Assembly: GCA_013265495.1 (NCBI GenBank)
Contig: MU057744.1
Coordinates: 1,254,356 to 1,318,355 of the forward strand
Direction: 5' to 3'
Origin: Vicugna vicugna
Lineage: Eukaryota
DNA: 64,000 nt
A program made the position numbers and the translations under genes. Shown here piece after piece: positions 41,308-54,953 of the stretch; positions within the stretch are counted from its first letter, which is position 1, and each line of letters starts with the position of its first letter. Below the pieces are notes generated by a model. It was not told the origin of the DNA. It saw only the letters and a list, made by a program, of their open reading frames with translations, and did no database searches.

Positions 41308-42005
41308 TTTTTTTAAATTGTGGCAAAATATATGTAACATAAAATTTACCATTTTAACCATTTTTAACTATAATTCATTGGCCTTAAGTACCTTCCCATT
41401 GTGTGCTGCCATTCTCACCATCTATCCTTGGAGCTCTTTTCATCTTATAAAACTACCCATTAAACAATAATTCCTAGTCTTTCCCTCCCCCACCCCCTGG
41501 GAACCGTGATTCTACTTTTTGTCTTTATGAATTTAACTCCATAGATGTCTCATGTAAGTGGACCCATGCAGTATTTGTCCTTTTGTGCCAGGCTTGCATC
41601 ACTTAGATTGTAGCTTGTGTCAGAATATCCTTCCTTTTAAAGGTTGTATAATACTCCATTGTGTGTATTACCACATTTTGTTTATCCATTCATCCATTGA
41701 TGGATGTCTGCCTTTTGGCTATTGTGGACAGTGCCACCATGAGCATGGTGTACTGGTAATCTGTACTGCATCCCTGCTTTCATTTCCTGAATATATACCC
41801 AGAAGTGGAGTTGCTGAACCATATGGTAAAGCTGTTTAATTTTTTTGAGAAACCACCATATTATTTTCCATAATGGCTGCATCGTTTTATATCCGCACCA
41901 GTGGTGTACAAGGGTTCCAGTTTTCCCACATCTTTCCCAGCATTTGTTCTGTTGTTTTTGTGGTTTTTTTCCCCGTAATAGTAGGCATCCCGGTGTGGGG
42001 TGAGG
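41308..42005 (-). mobile_element. L1MB-like 3' fragment
   Basis: aattgtggcaaaatatatgtaacataaaatttaccattttaacc...tttatccattcatccattgatgga. Confidence 0.8.
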
Positions 42006-42262
42006 GATTTGGTTTCTTTCTCATCAACATGATGCTCCCAGAATCAAATTTTGTAAAATGTTAATGATGGAAATACATGATAGATGGTACAGTCCCCAAT
42101 TCTGGGTGGGGTTTTTCCAGACACATGCCTGTGTGTTCATGCATGTAGTCCTGAATGCTCTGACACTGATTCCTTTCATGATGTTGGAACTTTGTGAAAT
42201 CACTTGCTTTTTGGGTTATTGAGGGAAAATGAAATTGAATTGCAGGTACTTCTGTGTTGTTT

Positions 42263-42430
42263 TAGGGCAGGAGTTGGCAATCTCTTTCTGTAAAGGGCTG
42301 GACAGTAAATACATCAAGCTCTGTTGGCTACATAGAGTCTCTTGCAGCTGCGCAGCGCTGTCGTCATAGCACGGGAGCAGCCACGGGCAGCGTGCAGATG
42401 ACTGGGCTTGGGTGTATCCAGTAGAACTTG
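42263..42430. mobile_element. MER58-like hAT-Charlie DNA transposon
   Basis: caggagttggcaatctctttctgtaaagggctggacagtaaat. Confidence 0.7.
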
Positions 42431-42995
42431 TAGGCAATACTTTGTATGTTTGTGCATACTTGCTTTTATTTTCTAGTGAGAGAGTTCGTGGCACTTTTCC
42501 AAATTCTCAAGAGGTTACATAATCTAGAAAAGTTCAGACCCTGATTCCAGCCATTGTGCAGTGTGGGAAGCCGGGGCTGGAGAAGTTGCTGAGGGAATTG
42601 CCTGGGCAGGTGGTGACCGAGCCCGGTTTGAGAACCCAGGTCTCCTGTGACTGAAGCCCATGCTTTTTCCCTTACTGTGCTTTTTTCTAATTCTCTGAAT
42701 ATTTAGCTACATCAGCTTATTTTGTCATGCCACATATTCAGAGATTGCCCTTGTTGCCTGCTAGCTCATGATTTTGGGGAAGAACCTAAAAGCAGTTCCC
42801 AGAGACTCTTGCTTTTCCTGTTGCCTTCAAGGCTGGCGCAGCTGATAGGCCTTTTCAGCCAAGCTTTCATTCAGACCTCAGGTTAATTCACTACATTTCC
42901 TTACTGAATAAAACTGAGTTTTAGAAGGTCACGGATTCATTATTTGTCTTACGGAGGAAAGAAAGGACGAACTAACGTCTGCATTGATGTGTTAG

Positions 42996-43065
42996 GCCTA
43001 CCGGATGAACAAGTGCTCTGCAGGAGTGGCCAGGAAAGCAGCCGAGGAGATAACGCTCCAGACAG
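42996..43065 (+). CDS. MTR: methionine synthase exon 4
   Basis: 70 nt; [23 protein letters not shown]+G|gtaag. Confidence 0.95.
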
Positions 43066-44745
43066 GTAAGGAGCGTTTTTTCTCCTTCTTTTTTTTTTTT
43101 TCAAACAAAGATGCTTCCTTTGCCCTTCTTCTCTTGATGCACTGTCCTCACTGCCCTTTTCCTTTGGTGGAGGTTGGCCTTCGGCCCTCTGCAGACACCA
43201 CTGGGGGCTTGTTTTAGGTTGCTTCTCTGCAGTGCCGTGACCAGGCATTCAACGTCTCTCTGAGCTGACTGTCTCTGTGGGTCTTGGGCTGAGGGTTCAC
43301 TCTCTGTTCACTCTGCTGTTAGGGTGCTGTGTTCTTTGTGACCGGGACTGTGGCTCTCAAATGACTTTTCTCCTTTTGGAAGTGCATCATCAGGTTATGG
43401 AGGCACAGCTGACTGTTTCGGTTATTTTGGTTATCATAAAGATACTAGATCTTATTCCCTTCAAGCTACCCAGATCCTGTGATAGTGGCTTTTTAGGTAA
43501 AGAGAGATCGTCTTTTGAGTGTTTTCTACTTCATGGCACTAATGTCTTTGAAGGCACTGTGTAGCACGCAAAAGAGAGTGCCATTAGATTCAGTCCTCCT
43601 GGGATTTGAAAAGGGGCTCCCTGAAATAACTAGCCTCCTGGCTGGCTGCCATAAGAACACTTGAGCACCAGCTGGAGGGAGGCGTTGAGGGAGGGAAAGG
43701 AACGCGAGAAATATATGGTGCCCCTTATGATTTGGAAATGTGAAATTATTGCGAACAGGAAAGATGTAAAGCAAAATTGTTAGGAAGTTAGACACAGCAT
43801 ACTAATGAAGACTGAGGCAATTTATAGGAACTCTGTTTCTGGGAGATAATGTTTAAATCTGGAAAGGCATAGACTATTACCCCAACAGGATATTAAACCA
43901 GCTACAGCAGGAAAGGATAAAGACATTTTTCTTATGGTCAGACTTGTAACCTGTTCAAAGACTGGATTATCAACTAGTTGTTAGTCTTCTCCAGTTAAAT
44001 GGTAAAGCATAACCCAGATTATTGCATGGTTAAAATCACCAAAAGCAGTGAGCAGTATGACCCTGACTTCTGATACAATATGTAAATGAACACAACTTCT
44101 CAGGCTCTTCTAGAAGCACCTAGACTCTATCCTAGAGGAAAGGTTATTAAAGAACTACCAAAAGAGTTGATCTGTTTCGTACTTTAATTTCAGGCTTTAT
44201 AATTATTAATTGTGATTTAGTATTTTCTCCCAGTGAAGGCCCTGCCCTACAACGTTGGAGAGCATTTCAAGGTCAGTGCTGCTGTGAGGAGCTTTTGCAG
44301 CACCTGTGTTAAGTTCATGACCTTCAAGTTTTCTTAAGAGTAAGGAGAGGGAATTTGTCCAAACAAAGCTTTGGTGGTAGAAAAGGATTACTACCTGAAA
44401 TGCTTTGAAGCCAGATATGTGAGAATTCAGAGTTTTGAGGTTGGCTTGGTGATAACGTGCACATATGTTATATTTCATAATTTCCCCAGTGGGGTCCATG
44501 ACAGCCCTTGTAATCATACATTTATTTGCAGTAAAATCTGTGAATCATCCACTAAGTGGTAAAAAGACTATAAATAGCCCCTTGTAGTTCAGGAGAGGTC
44601 AAGTTCTTTTGTCAAATGAAGTAAGAAAAACCTTGGGGCATTGCGTCTTTTGGATTTCAGAGTTGTGGACAAAGGATTGTATGCCTGTGTTTTAGGGGAA
44701 ATCTTACAGCCTACTGACTCACAACAAAAAAGTTGAGCTATTTAG

Positions 44746-44883
<138 letters not shown>

Positions 44884-46263
44884 TGATCATTGACCTTGGG
44901 CAAGTACCTCTGTGTTTCAGGAATCTGTAGATCTATAAAATGGGCCCAGTACCAGCATCTACCTCAGGGCTATTGTGACTTAAGGGCTTATTTACAGCAG
45001 TCCCTGGAGTGCAGTAGACGTCTAAATGAAAAGAGCGCTGGGGATAGTAGTAGGGTGTATTTTGAGCTTTCTTTCAAGGGTGCATGTTGTGGTGTTCTTT
45101 ATCAGCTGTGGACCTAAAATCAATCAAGATAAAACTTTAAACTGAGTTGAGCAAATACAGACTCGAGGCCTTGGTCTGTTGTAGAATAACCCACTAGACC
45201 CCCACTGTATTTATCAGAAAGCAGTCTAAACTATATGAACATACCAGCATTATAAACCAGATTCTGTAAGCTTACTTGCATTGAGATTTTATGAACAGTC
45301 TGGAAATCAATTTTAACTTCTTAAGCATCAGACTACAAAAGACAAAAGTTAAACGATCAGAGCTGAGTGGTAGTGATACTGCGTATGGTGATGAGTTTTG
45401 TGTGGATGACAAATTCTGTCAAGTGTGGTTTGTGGGTCTGGGTTACAGACACATTTTCCACTAGGGGTTGCTCCTTCTGGGCTTATGTGTGGTCCGTGTT
45501 TCCTTTGGTCTGGGCCTGACAACGAGGAGCTAACGTTTCTCTTGTGCTATGTAAGAGGCAGTGTACTTAGTGTAACAAGCATAAGCGTGCTTCTAGGCTT
45601 GTCTGTTGAATATATGGGCATCTCTCTGGGGTGAGAGGTAAAATAGGGAGAGGGATGACCTCTCAGATGGAAATAGAGACAACTCAAGACATTTCTGACA
45701 GAAGTTTTACCTTGGAGTGATTGAGCACTTTTTGATTTTAGGCTGAAATTGCCCATCAGGCAGGTTTCTTCTGACAGTCTTGGTGTCAGAGGGCAGAAGC
45801 AAAATCTACAGGACCACCGGCTTTTACAGCAGGGGGTGTGGGAGAATACCGCTGATGCATCCGGATCAGTGTGACACGTTTCGCAGTTACTCCTCACTCA
45901 TCCCTGAATTGATTGATTAAGACCATCCCTGGAAAGAATGATGTTTCAAAGATCTTGAAAGTAACGGACAGGGCTCAAGAAGTCACACACCTTCTCACAC
46001 ACCCCCCGCAACCAGTCCTTGGCTCATGCTTGGGGAGAGAAGGCTATATGCTAAGTGTTTAGGAGCAGTTGTGTTCAGTTTGCTGGTTTAACTTTCCGTC
46101 ACTGCCGTGTTTCCTTGTTTGGTGTCTTACCAAAGGTGGTGTTCCTCTTAAATTATGCATTATAAACCAGCAATAGTTAGTTCAGCGGTTGCCAGGCCTG
46201 AACTCAGCATGTCCTGGCCGTTCAGAGGAATCTGATATCCTGGTTGTGGTTGATTTTTTGCAG

Positions 46264-46370
46264 CATTTGATGAGCTTGTTGAAGCCTACGAAGAGCAGGC
46301 CGAAGGGCTTCTGGATGGTGGGGTTGATATCTTACTCGTTGAAACTATTTTTGACACCGCCAATGCCAAG
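46264..46370 (+). CDS. MTR: methionine synthase exon 6
   Basis: 107 nt; [35 protein letters not shown]|gtgag. Confidence 0.96.
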
Positions 46371-47565
46371 GTGAGTTAAAGGAGAGAAAAAGGGGCGTGG
46401 GGGCGGTGTGAGAAGACCACAAATAGCTGTTACTAACTTGAGTAAAATTCCTCGATTCCATTTTACTTTTGACTGTTTTTTTAACTGAGCCCAGTAGAAT
46501 GAAGGAAATTTCGAAAGGACATTTTTGTAACTTTAAAAAATGTTTTTTTAAAAATTATGAAAGTAAATATTCTTGTATTATATAGCTACTATATGTACGT
46601 AGACGCACAAGTAGTAGACACTATGCATGGCTCTTAAATTCTAAGGGTACATAAATGTGTGGCGTGAAAAGTAAGTATCCTTCCGTCTCCTCTTCCCTGA
46701 GGACAACCACAGTTCCTGGTGTGGGGGTTCTGACGGAGACTGATTGCAGATAACAGCGTGCGTGTGCGTGTGTGTACGTGTTTATGTTCCTTGTATATGC
46801 ACTAAGGTGCGTAAGTGTATAGAATGAGAAGTAGATACCCTCATACGTACGTCTTTGCACAGTGTGTCTGAGGATAAATTTCTGCCAGTGAAATTTCCAT
46901 GTCACAGGGTGTGGACACTGTTAATTTTGATCTTTAGTGTCAAATTACCCTCCAGGGTTGCTCTCAATTATACTCAATCAGCAGGTAGTACATGGTAGTG
47001 CCAGTCTCACCACACCCTCTCTGTTGAGCTTTTTGATGTTGTCCAATCTGATAGGTTACAGATACTACCTCACTAGTTTTAATTTGGACAGTCAGCCCTC
47101 CGCAGGCCTGGGTTCTGGTGTGGAAGGGCCTTGAGCATTAGAGGATCTGGAATTTAATAAAACATGGACAGCATAGATTAACATGGAACTTGCAGTGTCA
47201 TAAGCTGTTGGTTCAAGTGCCACCATGTATACACGAGGCTGTGCAAAGTGGAGACTTCTGGTTTCTCTGTTTTTAATTTCGATTGAGAGAAAGAAGAAAG
47301 AGTAGCTCTTCAGCTCTTCCTCATCGGGGACACTAGTTCCAGGTGAACTTTCAGTCAGTGTTTGGTTAGAGCATGTACAGTGTTACACTTGAGAAAGGGG
47401 TGCTGGGGTTGTGCATTGTGGGGAGAACATGGTTCTCCTTCCCAGAGAACGCGAGGCGTCTCTTACCTAAAGAGGTCTTGGAAAAGGGGGTGTTCTGATC
47501 AGCTGGTTAGACCGACCTTTGACACAGACTCTCAGAAATAAAGCTGTCCTCTTTTTCCCTGACAG

Positions 47566-47625
47566 GCAGCCTTGTTTGCAGTCCAAAAACTTTTTGAAGA
47601 GAAGTATGCTCCCCGGCCTGTCTTT
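47566..47625 (+). CDS. MTR: methionine synthase exon 7
   Basis: 60 nt; AALFAVQKLFEEKYAPRPVF|gtaag. Confidence 0.95.
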
Positions 47626-48382
47626 GTAAGTTCTCAAATACTTGCATGCTGTGTTTTGTTTTTTTTTATTAATAATGTCATTTTGAGGGTGAGGTTTTTG
47701 TTTTCCTCGCATGGAACTATCGATAGTGTCTTTAGGAAGCACATACTCAACTTCTTTAACTTCTTCTGTTCACCTCCCTCCTACCACCAGCCCTAGACCA
47801 ACAGCAGTCTTATCTCTGGAAAAGTGAAGAAAATAAATCTGGAAGTGGTTTGTTCCACAGAAGCTGGGCTGAAGTGATCTCCTGAAGCCAGGGGCTCCCG
47901 CTCGTTGGGGCCCCTGCTGACTGTGAAGTGTCCAGTGCCATAGTCAGCAGACTGCCAGTGTGTTAATTCAATAGGCAGACCCACAGGAGGGTCTTAGGAT
48001 TGCTTGCTGAGAACAGAGTCAAACAGGGGTGTTAGACAAGTCAGATGTTTGACAGCAGGAGGCCAGGATAACCTGAGGTTTCTGTGGGAGAGTCTCCTCC
48101 AGTGGGACTGGAGGTGTGAATTCTGAAGCTTTCTTGGGCATTGCTTTTGCCTCCCTGACTTTCCCTTTTCTCTGATTCTGTGGCTCACCAGCCCCTCGCC
48201 TGGGCACTTCGTATTCATCTGCTCTGACCATTATGAACCAGTGCTGCCTTTGAGTTTGAGTTCCACGGCTCTCTTCCTTGTAAAAGAACAAAGAAAGTCA
48301 GCTTGCTCACTTTATTTTGTTTCTGCGACTGTGTTCTTAATTTAAGTCAGTGTTGTTGACTGAGTTTACTTTGTCAATTCAG

Positions 48383-48477
48383 ATTTCAGGGACAATTGTT
48401 GATAAAAGCGGACGGACTCTCTCAGGCCAGACTGGAGAGGCGTTTGTCATCAGTGTGTCTCACGCAGACCCACTCTG
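48383..48477 (+). CDS. MTR: methionine synthase exon 8
   Basis: 95 nt; [31 protein letters not shown]|gtgag. Confidence 0.96.
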
Positions 48478-49319
48478 GTGAGTGATCAGTCTTTCCTCAC
48501 TCCGTTCCCTTTGGGGGAATCTCTTCTGATGGCTGCAGACTGTGACCTAAGAGGGAATTGCTTGTCCCTGTGTCCACTGCACCACTTGCATGAGATGTTG
48601 GCTTTCCTTGAGGTACATTCCGACTGCCCCAAGGGCTTCAGAAGCCCACTGCCTAAACGCGTCAGCTAGAGGGGCTGGGAGAGTTCTGATACCCCCCGCG
48701 CCAGGTAGTTGCCTGTTTGTCTGCCAGTGTCCCCCTTACAGTTTGACTGGCTGGGCCCAGTAATAATACTTTACGTCTGTTATCAGCACTTAGATTTTTA
48801 GGGCTGTGCTTTGCAAAGGTTTTCACTCCCTGCTGGTGGAGCAACCAGAAGCAGTCTAGCTTGGAATAAGGTGGGAATTCTAAAGCTCAGATTTTTATCT
48901 TTAAAATTAACATGACGTTTACATCCTATTTTAAACTCTCTCTCTATTTTTCTTATCAAAATGGTTTGCATTATGTACCAGGAGTGAAGTGGGAGCTCCA
49001 GGAATATCCACGGTGTGCCTCTTGCAGGCACAGACTGCTCCTTCTGCCTGGAGGCTGTCTGCCTGCCTCTCTCCCTCAGCCGCCCTCACACACGAGCCTC
49101 TCAGGCTCCCCTCTGGAGTCCTCTCCTCCAGGGAGAGGGAGGATACCTTCCCCAGGGTGCCTTTCTCTCAGAGCGCTCTGTTCACTTTTATTACAGCCTT
49201 TGCCACGGAAGTGAGAGTAGTAGACATTTATTGAGTTTGCTGTACGCCAGGCTCCGTGCTGAGTGCTTTATGAGAATTGACTCTTTTAATTCTGGCAAAA
49301 ACACTTTGAGGTAGCTGTT

Positions 49320-51100
49320 GCTGTTCAGATCTTTTGCTTACTTTTTTAGTTGGTTGTTTTCTTACTGTTAAGTTTTAAGAATTAAAACAAAATTTGGGTT
49401 ACCAGATACGTGTTTTGCTAATACATTCTTCCAGTCCGTGGCGTGTCTTTCTCGTGCTCTTAACAATGTCTTTCACTGAGCAGAAGTTTTCAGTTTTAGT
49501 GAAGTCCAGCTTATTAATTTTTTTGTCTTTCATGAGTCCTGCTTTTAGTACTATATCTAAAAACTCATTGCCAAACCCATGGTCACCTAGATTTTTCTCC
49601 TGTGTTATCTTTATATATCTTTGTATCTTTAATAGTTTTGCAGTTACTCTTAGATCTATGATCCACTTTGAGTGTTCATGGTAGGTGTAAGGTCTGTGTC
49701 TGGATTAATTTTTTCACGTGGGAATGGCTGATTGTTCCAGTACCATTTGTTGAAAACACAGTCCTTTCTCCATTGGATTACCTTTGCTCCTTGGTCAAAG
49801 ATCAGTTGACTGTATTTGTGTGATTCTATTTCTGGACCCTGTTCTGCTACATTGATCTATTTTTGCACTCAGCAATGGCAGAGATTGCTTTAGCTTTTCA
49901 GTGAGTCATTTTTTTTTTAATTGAAGTATAGTCAGTTACAATGTGTCCATTTCTATGTATAGCACAGTGTCCCAGTCATGCATATACATACATATATTCA
50001 TTTTCATATTCGTTTTCATTAACTGTTATTAACAAGATACCATCAGTGAGTCTTGAAGTCAGGTAGTATCAGTCCTTCGACTTTGTTCTTCTTCAAGAAT
50101 TGTATTATCTGTTCTGAGATGTTTGCTTCTCCATGTAAACTTCAGAATCAGTTTGTGCAGATGCACAAAATAGCTTGCTGGAATTTGGATTGGTGGTGTC
50201 TGAATATATATAAAATTGGGAAGAATTAATGTCTTAACAATTTTGAGTCTTCCTGTTCATGAACATGGAATATCTCTCCGTTTATTTAGACCTGCCTTGA
50301 TTTTTTTCATCAGAAGTTTGTAGTTTTCCTGCTGTAGATCTTGGACATATTTTCTTAGAGTTATACACAAGTATTTCATTTGTTTTCATGCCAATGTAAA
50401 CAGCATTGTGTTTTTCATTTCAAGTTTCAATACTTACTGCTGGAATATAGGTAAACAATTGACTTTTATATGTTAACCTTGTATTTTGCAACCTCATAAT
50501 TGTTTTGGTTCCAAGAAATTTTTTAGTTGATTCTTTGGCATTTTCTACATAGACAGTCTTACTGTCTGTGAACAAAAACAGTTTTATTTCTTCCTTTCCA
50601 ATCTGTATACCTTTTGTTTTCCATTCTCCTCTTAATGCCTCATGTAGGACTCCCAGCAGAATCTTTAAGGGGAGATGAAAGCAGACATCCTTGCCTTATT
50701 CCCAGGCTTAGGGGGAAAGCATCTAATTTTACGTCATTAAGCATGATATTAGCTGTAGGGTCTTTATAGATGGTTTTTATCACGTTGAGGAGTTCCCTTC
50801 TATTCCTAGTTGACTCAGATTTTTTATCATGAATAAGTGTTGGGTATTTGTTAAATAAACTTTTTATTTTGGAATAATTTCAGATTTTCAGAAAAGTTGC
50901 AAAGATAGTACAGAGAATTCCCATATGCTTTTTATCTAGTTTTTTCTAATGTTGACATTTTATATTAAGTATGATACTTTTGTCAAAACTAAAAGTGTAT
51001 TACTATTAACTAGACTCCAGACTTCACTCAGGTTTCAAGTTTTTCCATTAATGTCCTTTTTCTGTTCCAGGATCTAATCTAGTATGTCACATTGCACTTA
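49320..51100 (-). mobile_element. old L1 ORF2/3' fragments with a short younger L1 insert at about 49908-50042
   Basis: ttccagtaccatttgttgaaaa...tcatgaacatggaatatctctcc; inner insert flanked by TSD tcagtgagtc (49898-49907, 50043-50052). Confidence 0.8.
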
Positions 51101-51781
51101 GAAATCAGCATAAAGGGAAAAAAGTAAAATGTGAAAAAATAAAAGATGACACTGTGCAGTCCCTTCATATAGTTAATTATTGAATACCTTGAAGGCCCCA
51201 GTGGCTCCCACTGAGAGTGGTTTTGGAGGGTTTGGCAGCTCTACTTTGATCTGTTTTATTTGAGTCTGCAGTAAGTTTCTCTGCAAAACAGAGAGCCCCT
51301 TGATTTACAACCAAACAAGCCCACTTAATTTATGAGAGGACAATTCCAAGTCCAAGGTCACCTTGCAAGTCAGTTGGAGCAAAGACTAAGTCTCGGTCTT
51401 CTGCCTCCCTAAGTGGCTTCTGTATGCCATCAGCGCTCCTTCTACCTCCAGGGTTTCCCTTCTGCTTTCCTTTGAGTATTGCTTTCCAGTCAGATGTTTA
51501 TTAGCAGTGGTCAGTTTGCAGACATTTCTGTTTCACGGTGCACCATTAACTAAACTGAACTTACTTAAGGAGTCACGTCCATAAGCAGGGTCCTTGAGCT
51601 GTAAGATCATCTGATGTAGGAGACACAGGCAGAATTATTCAGTGTTGCAGGGGACTTCAGTGAGATGCCTTTGACTGTAGCTGAATAAACGTGCTTTGAA
51701 TCAGGAGATTTATTATCTGCTTGTTTTTAAATATACGCCTTTTCTTTATCATAACTTTATACGTGTAAATATTTAGAGTAA

Positions 51782-51958
<177 letters not shown>

Positions 51959-53037
51959 TAGACAGGGTGATAGATCTTGATTAAAAGAGTTTGTCTTGCA
52001 GGTCTTAGTATGCTGTTTACTTTCAATGGGAATTTTCTAACTAAAGAGCATTTGGGGCGAGACCACTGTTTCCCTCTAGATTTGAAGGAGCAGTTAGGCT
52101 CAGCCTGAAACCATCAGAAGTGGACAAAACTTGGGGGAATGGAGCCTAGTCACTTAGCTGACCAGAGCCTTGTCTTTGACAGTGCTCACCACTTGGATGT
52201 GGCCAGAGAGATGAGTGCAGAGACCACGAGAGAGAGTCCTTCTCTCTGTGCCGCTGTGTGAGCCAAAGAGCAGATAAAGAGCCTTGTGTGTTGTTGCCTT
52301 TTTCATTTCTGAAAGTTAGGACTTCAGTTAGCTGTATGTCAAAATTTCAGACATAAATGTAGACAGTTCTCAAACTATCTATTTAGTATTGGTAATCCAT
52401 TCTGAGTTAGCCAGATTTCCTGGTGAATGTTTTTGAACACTGTTAGCTACTTGGGGCTAAAAATCATTTTCCAGTCTTCTTTCTCCAATTATATACATTT
52501 TAATGGGCAGTAAATTTCATTTGCCACCAGGAGTAAGATGACTGGAAGGGGATAATAAATCAAATAGAAAATTGGACAATTAGATTCTAACGTCTTACTT
52601 GGGAAAACTTACTTGAAAGCAGACTGGGTGTGTTTTGCTTGTTGTTAATCGCATGTCTGGGGCTCATTAGTTCAAAGGAAGTGTGGCACTCCCCTAGTCC
52701 CCACCCCAAGCAGTTAGGTAACTAGAATGAATTTCCTTTATGGGAAGGGGAGGGATGGGGTGGGGGAATGTGGCCTCATATAGTACTGATGCTTTTCTTT
52801 CAAATGGAAGAGAAACAATGGACATTTATTGTCCTCTGATTTTTCGTTTGTTTGTTTTTTGGTGTGGCATCTCTGTACTTACTATGTTTAATATTAAGTA
52901 TTCTAATCTGTTTTTGTAAGTAATCACCATTTAGTTACAGATTAAAAATTCGCTAACCTTTTACCCTAAAGCCTTTACAAATACTATGATTATTTGTTAA
53001 AGTAGTTTCTGATAATGATTAAAATATCCTTTCATAG

Positions 53038-53099
53038 GTCTTCCCAATACCTTCGGTGACTATGATGAATCTCCGCACATGATGGCCATGCACTTAAAG
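53038..53099 (+). CDS. MTR: methionine synthase exon 10
   Basis: 62 nt; (G)[20 protein letters not shown]|gtcaag. Confidence 0.95.
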
Positions 53100-53679
53100 G
53101 TCAAGAATCCTCTTTCACTTGGTTTTTAAGAGACAGAGGAATGGAAATTTTGATTTGGAATATTTAGAAGCAGACTTTCCCCCTAAAGAAATCCCAGTGT
53201 ATATATAACAAAAGCTTAAGATGAATTAAGATGGTGGAGGCAGAGTGGGGGGGCTCACTGTGAGCATCCTCCACAGCTGGTACTGGTGGCTGCTGGAGAA
53301 TTCCCAGTGAGGTCCAACCTGCACTAACTGGGATTTGGCTCTTCCGCAGCCCTCCCACTGCTGGGTGGAGTAGATGTCTCCCTGCTCCCCATTGCCACCT
53401 CCCCGATCTCCCTCCTCTCCCATGCCCCTCCCATCTTTGAACCCCTGGTCATGAAACCATGCTGCCCACTACCCTACTTACTACTGACCCTGTGTCTCTT
53501 TTCCTTATTCCTTGAGTTTTTAGCTTCTGGCTTTCTACCCTTCTCTCCTAAACTGTTTCTGCCTTAATTCTTAGGATTTCCGTCCCTTGTGTGGATGCTC
53601 TTTGCAGCTTTCTGACATCTCAGTTCCTTGACTTCCTCTCTGTTACCTTGTCCTTCAAACCAGCTGTGGGTAAATTCCA

Positions 53680-53820
53680 GCCTCCACTGTCCAATACGTA
53701 GCTTCTGTGGCATGTGGTTATTGGAGCACTTGAAATGTGGCTGCTGTGCCTGAGGAACTGAATTTTTAATTCTTTAAGCTTAAGTTTTAGTTGACTTAAA
53801 TTTAAAAACTGATACATTAT
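53680..53820. mobile_element. MER3/MER33-like hAT-Charlie relic
   Basis: cactgtccaatacgtagc...catgtggttattggagcacttgaaatgtggct...tgaggaactgaatttttaatt. Confidence 0.65.
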
Positions 53821-54119
53821 GTGTTATTTGAAAATGCATTATTCAGCTCACATTCATTCTGTTCAACATATGGGTAGAAAAATCTTTCTTTTGATCAAAT
53901 AGGCAAATAAATATCTCATTACATTTCATAGTATTTGAAATGTTTTAAGTCTTACATCTAAGGCTTATGAATGCTTTATATCTAGAGTTAAGTATGTTTA
54001 GCTCTCTCCTGAATGTAAAATTAGTTACTCAGGCAATGTAGCTCTCTTCTGCAGCATTGGTAGTGGTGAACTTAGAATTAAGATGAACTGCCTGAAGCCT
54101 TTTCTTTCCCTGAGTGCAG

Positions 54120-54187
54120 GATTTTGCTGTGGATGGCTTGGTGAATATAGTTGGCGGATGCTGTGGCACAACACCAGATCATATCAG
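54120..54187 (+). CDS. MTR: methionine synthase exon 11 (Zn ligands Cys323/Cys324, GGCCGT motif)
   Basis: 68 nt; DFAVDGLVNIVGGCCGTTPDHI|gtgat. Confidence 0.96.
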
Positions 54188-54214
54188 GTGATAGTCACTT
54201 CTGAATGTTTTACC

Positions 54215-54570
54215 TTCTGTGCCCTCAAAGTTCATATGTTGAAGTCCTAATCCCCAATTTCTCTGAATGTGACTGTAATTAGAAATAGGTCCTTTAAAGA
54301 GGTAATTGAGGTTAAATGAGGTCATGTGAATGGATCCTCATCCAGTGTGACTGGAGGGGACACAGACACACACAGGAGGGACCATGTGAACACCAGGGAG
54401 AAGGGAGAAGGCAGCCAACTACGAGCCAGAGAGAGAGGCCTCAGAGGGGACCAGTCCTGCTGACACCTTGATCTAAGACTCCTAGCCTCCAGAGTTTTGA
54501 GAAATAGACGCTACTATTTAAACTGCTCAGTCTGTGATATTTCATTGACAGCCCTAGCAAACTAGGGTAC
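54215..54570 (+). mobile_element. MLT1B-like MaLR LTR
   Basis: ttcatatgttgaagtcctaatcccc...aaataggtcctttaaagaggtaattgaggttaaatgaggtcat...cctgctgacaccttgatct...agccctagcaaacta. Confidence 0.85.
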
Positions 54571-54815
54571 TTCACATGAAAGATTCCAGAATTTAAAGTA
54601 CAGAAGTAATAAAATGAACCCCCATGTGCCTATCACAGTTTCCTTAATTTTCTACATTTTGCTATTCTTATTTTCTCTTATTCTCCAGCTTTTTTTCCCT
54701 TAGACTATTGCAGAACATAACCTAGATATCTTAGCATTCTGCCCTTAAATACCTGACTAATATTTGAATTCTCAAGGAGGGACGGCTCTTATTTCTTGGG
54801 CAAATGCATGCCTCC

Positions 54816-54953
54816 GGGGGGAGGATATAGCTCAAGCACTAGAGAACATGCTCAGCATGCACGAGGTCCTGGGTTCAATCCCCAGTCCCTCCTCTAAAAA
54901 CAAACAAACAAACAAACCTAATTACCTCCCTCCAAATAAATAAATTTTTTAAA
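54816..54953 (+). mobile_element. Vic-1-type camelid SINE, full length
   Basis: tRNA-Ala-like head ggggaggatatagctca...agcatgcacgaggtcctgggttcaatcccc, body aaacctaattacctccc; perfect 14-bp TSD aaatgcatgcctcc (54802-54815, 54954-54967). Confidence 0.93.
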
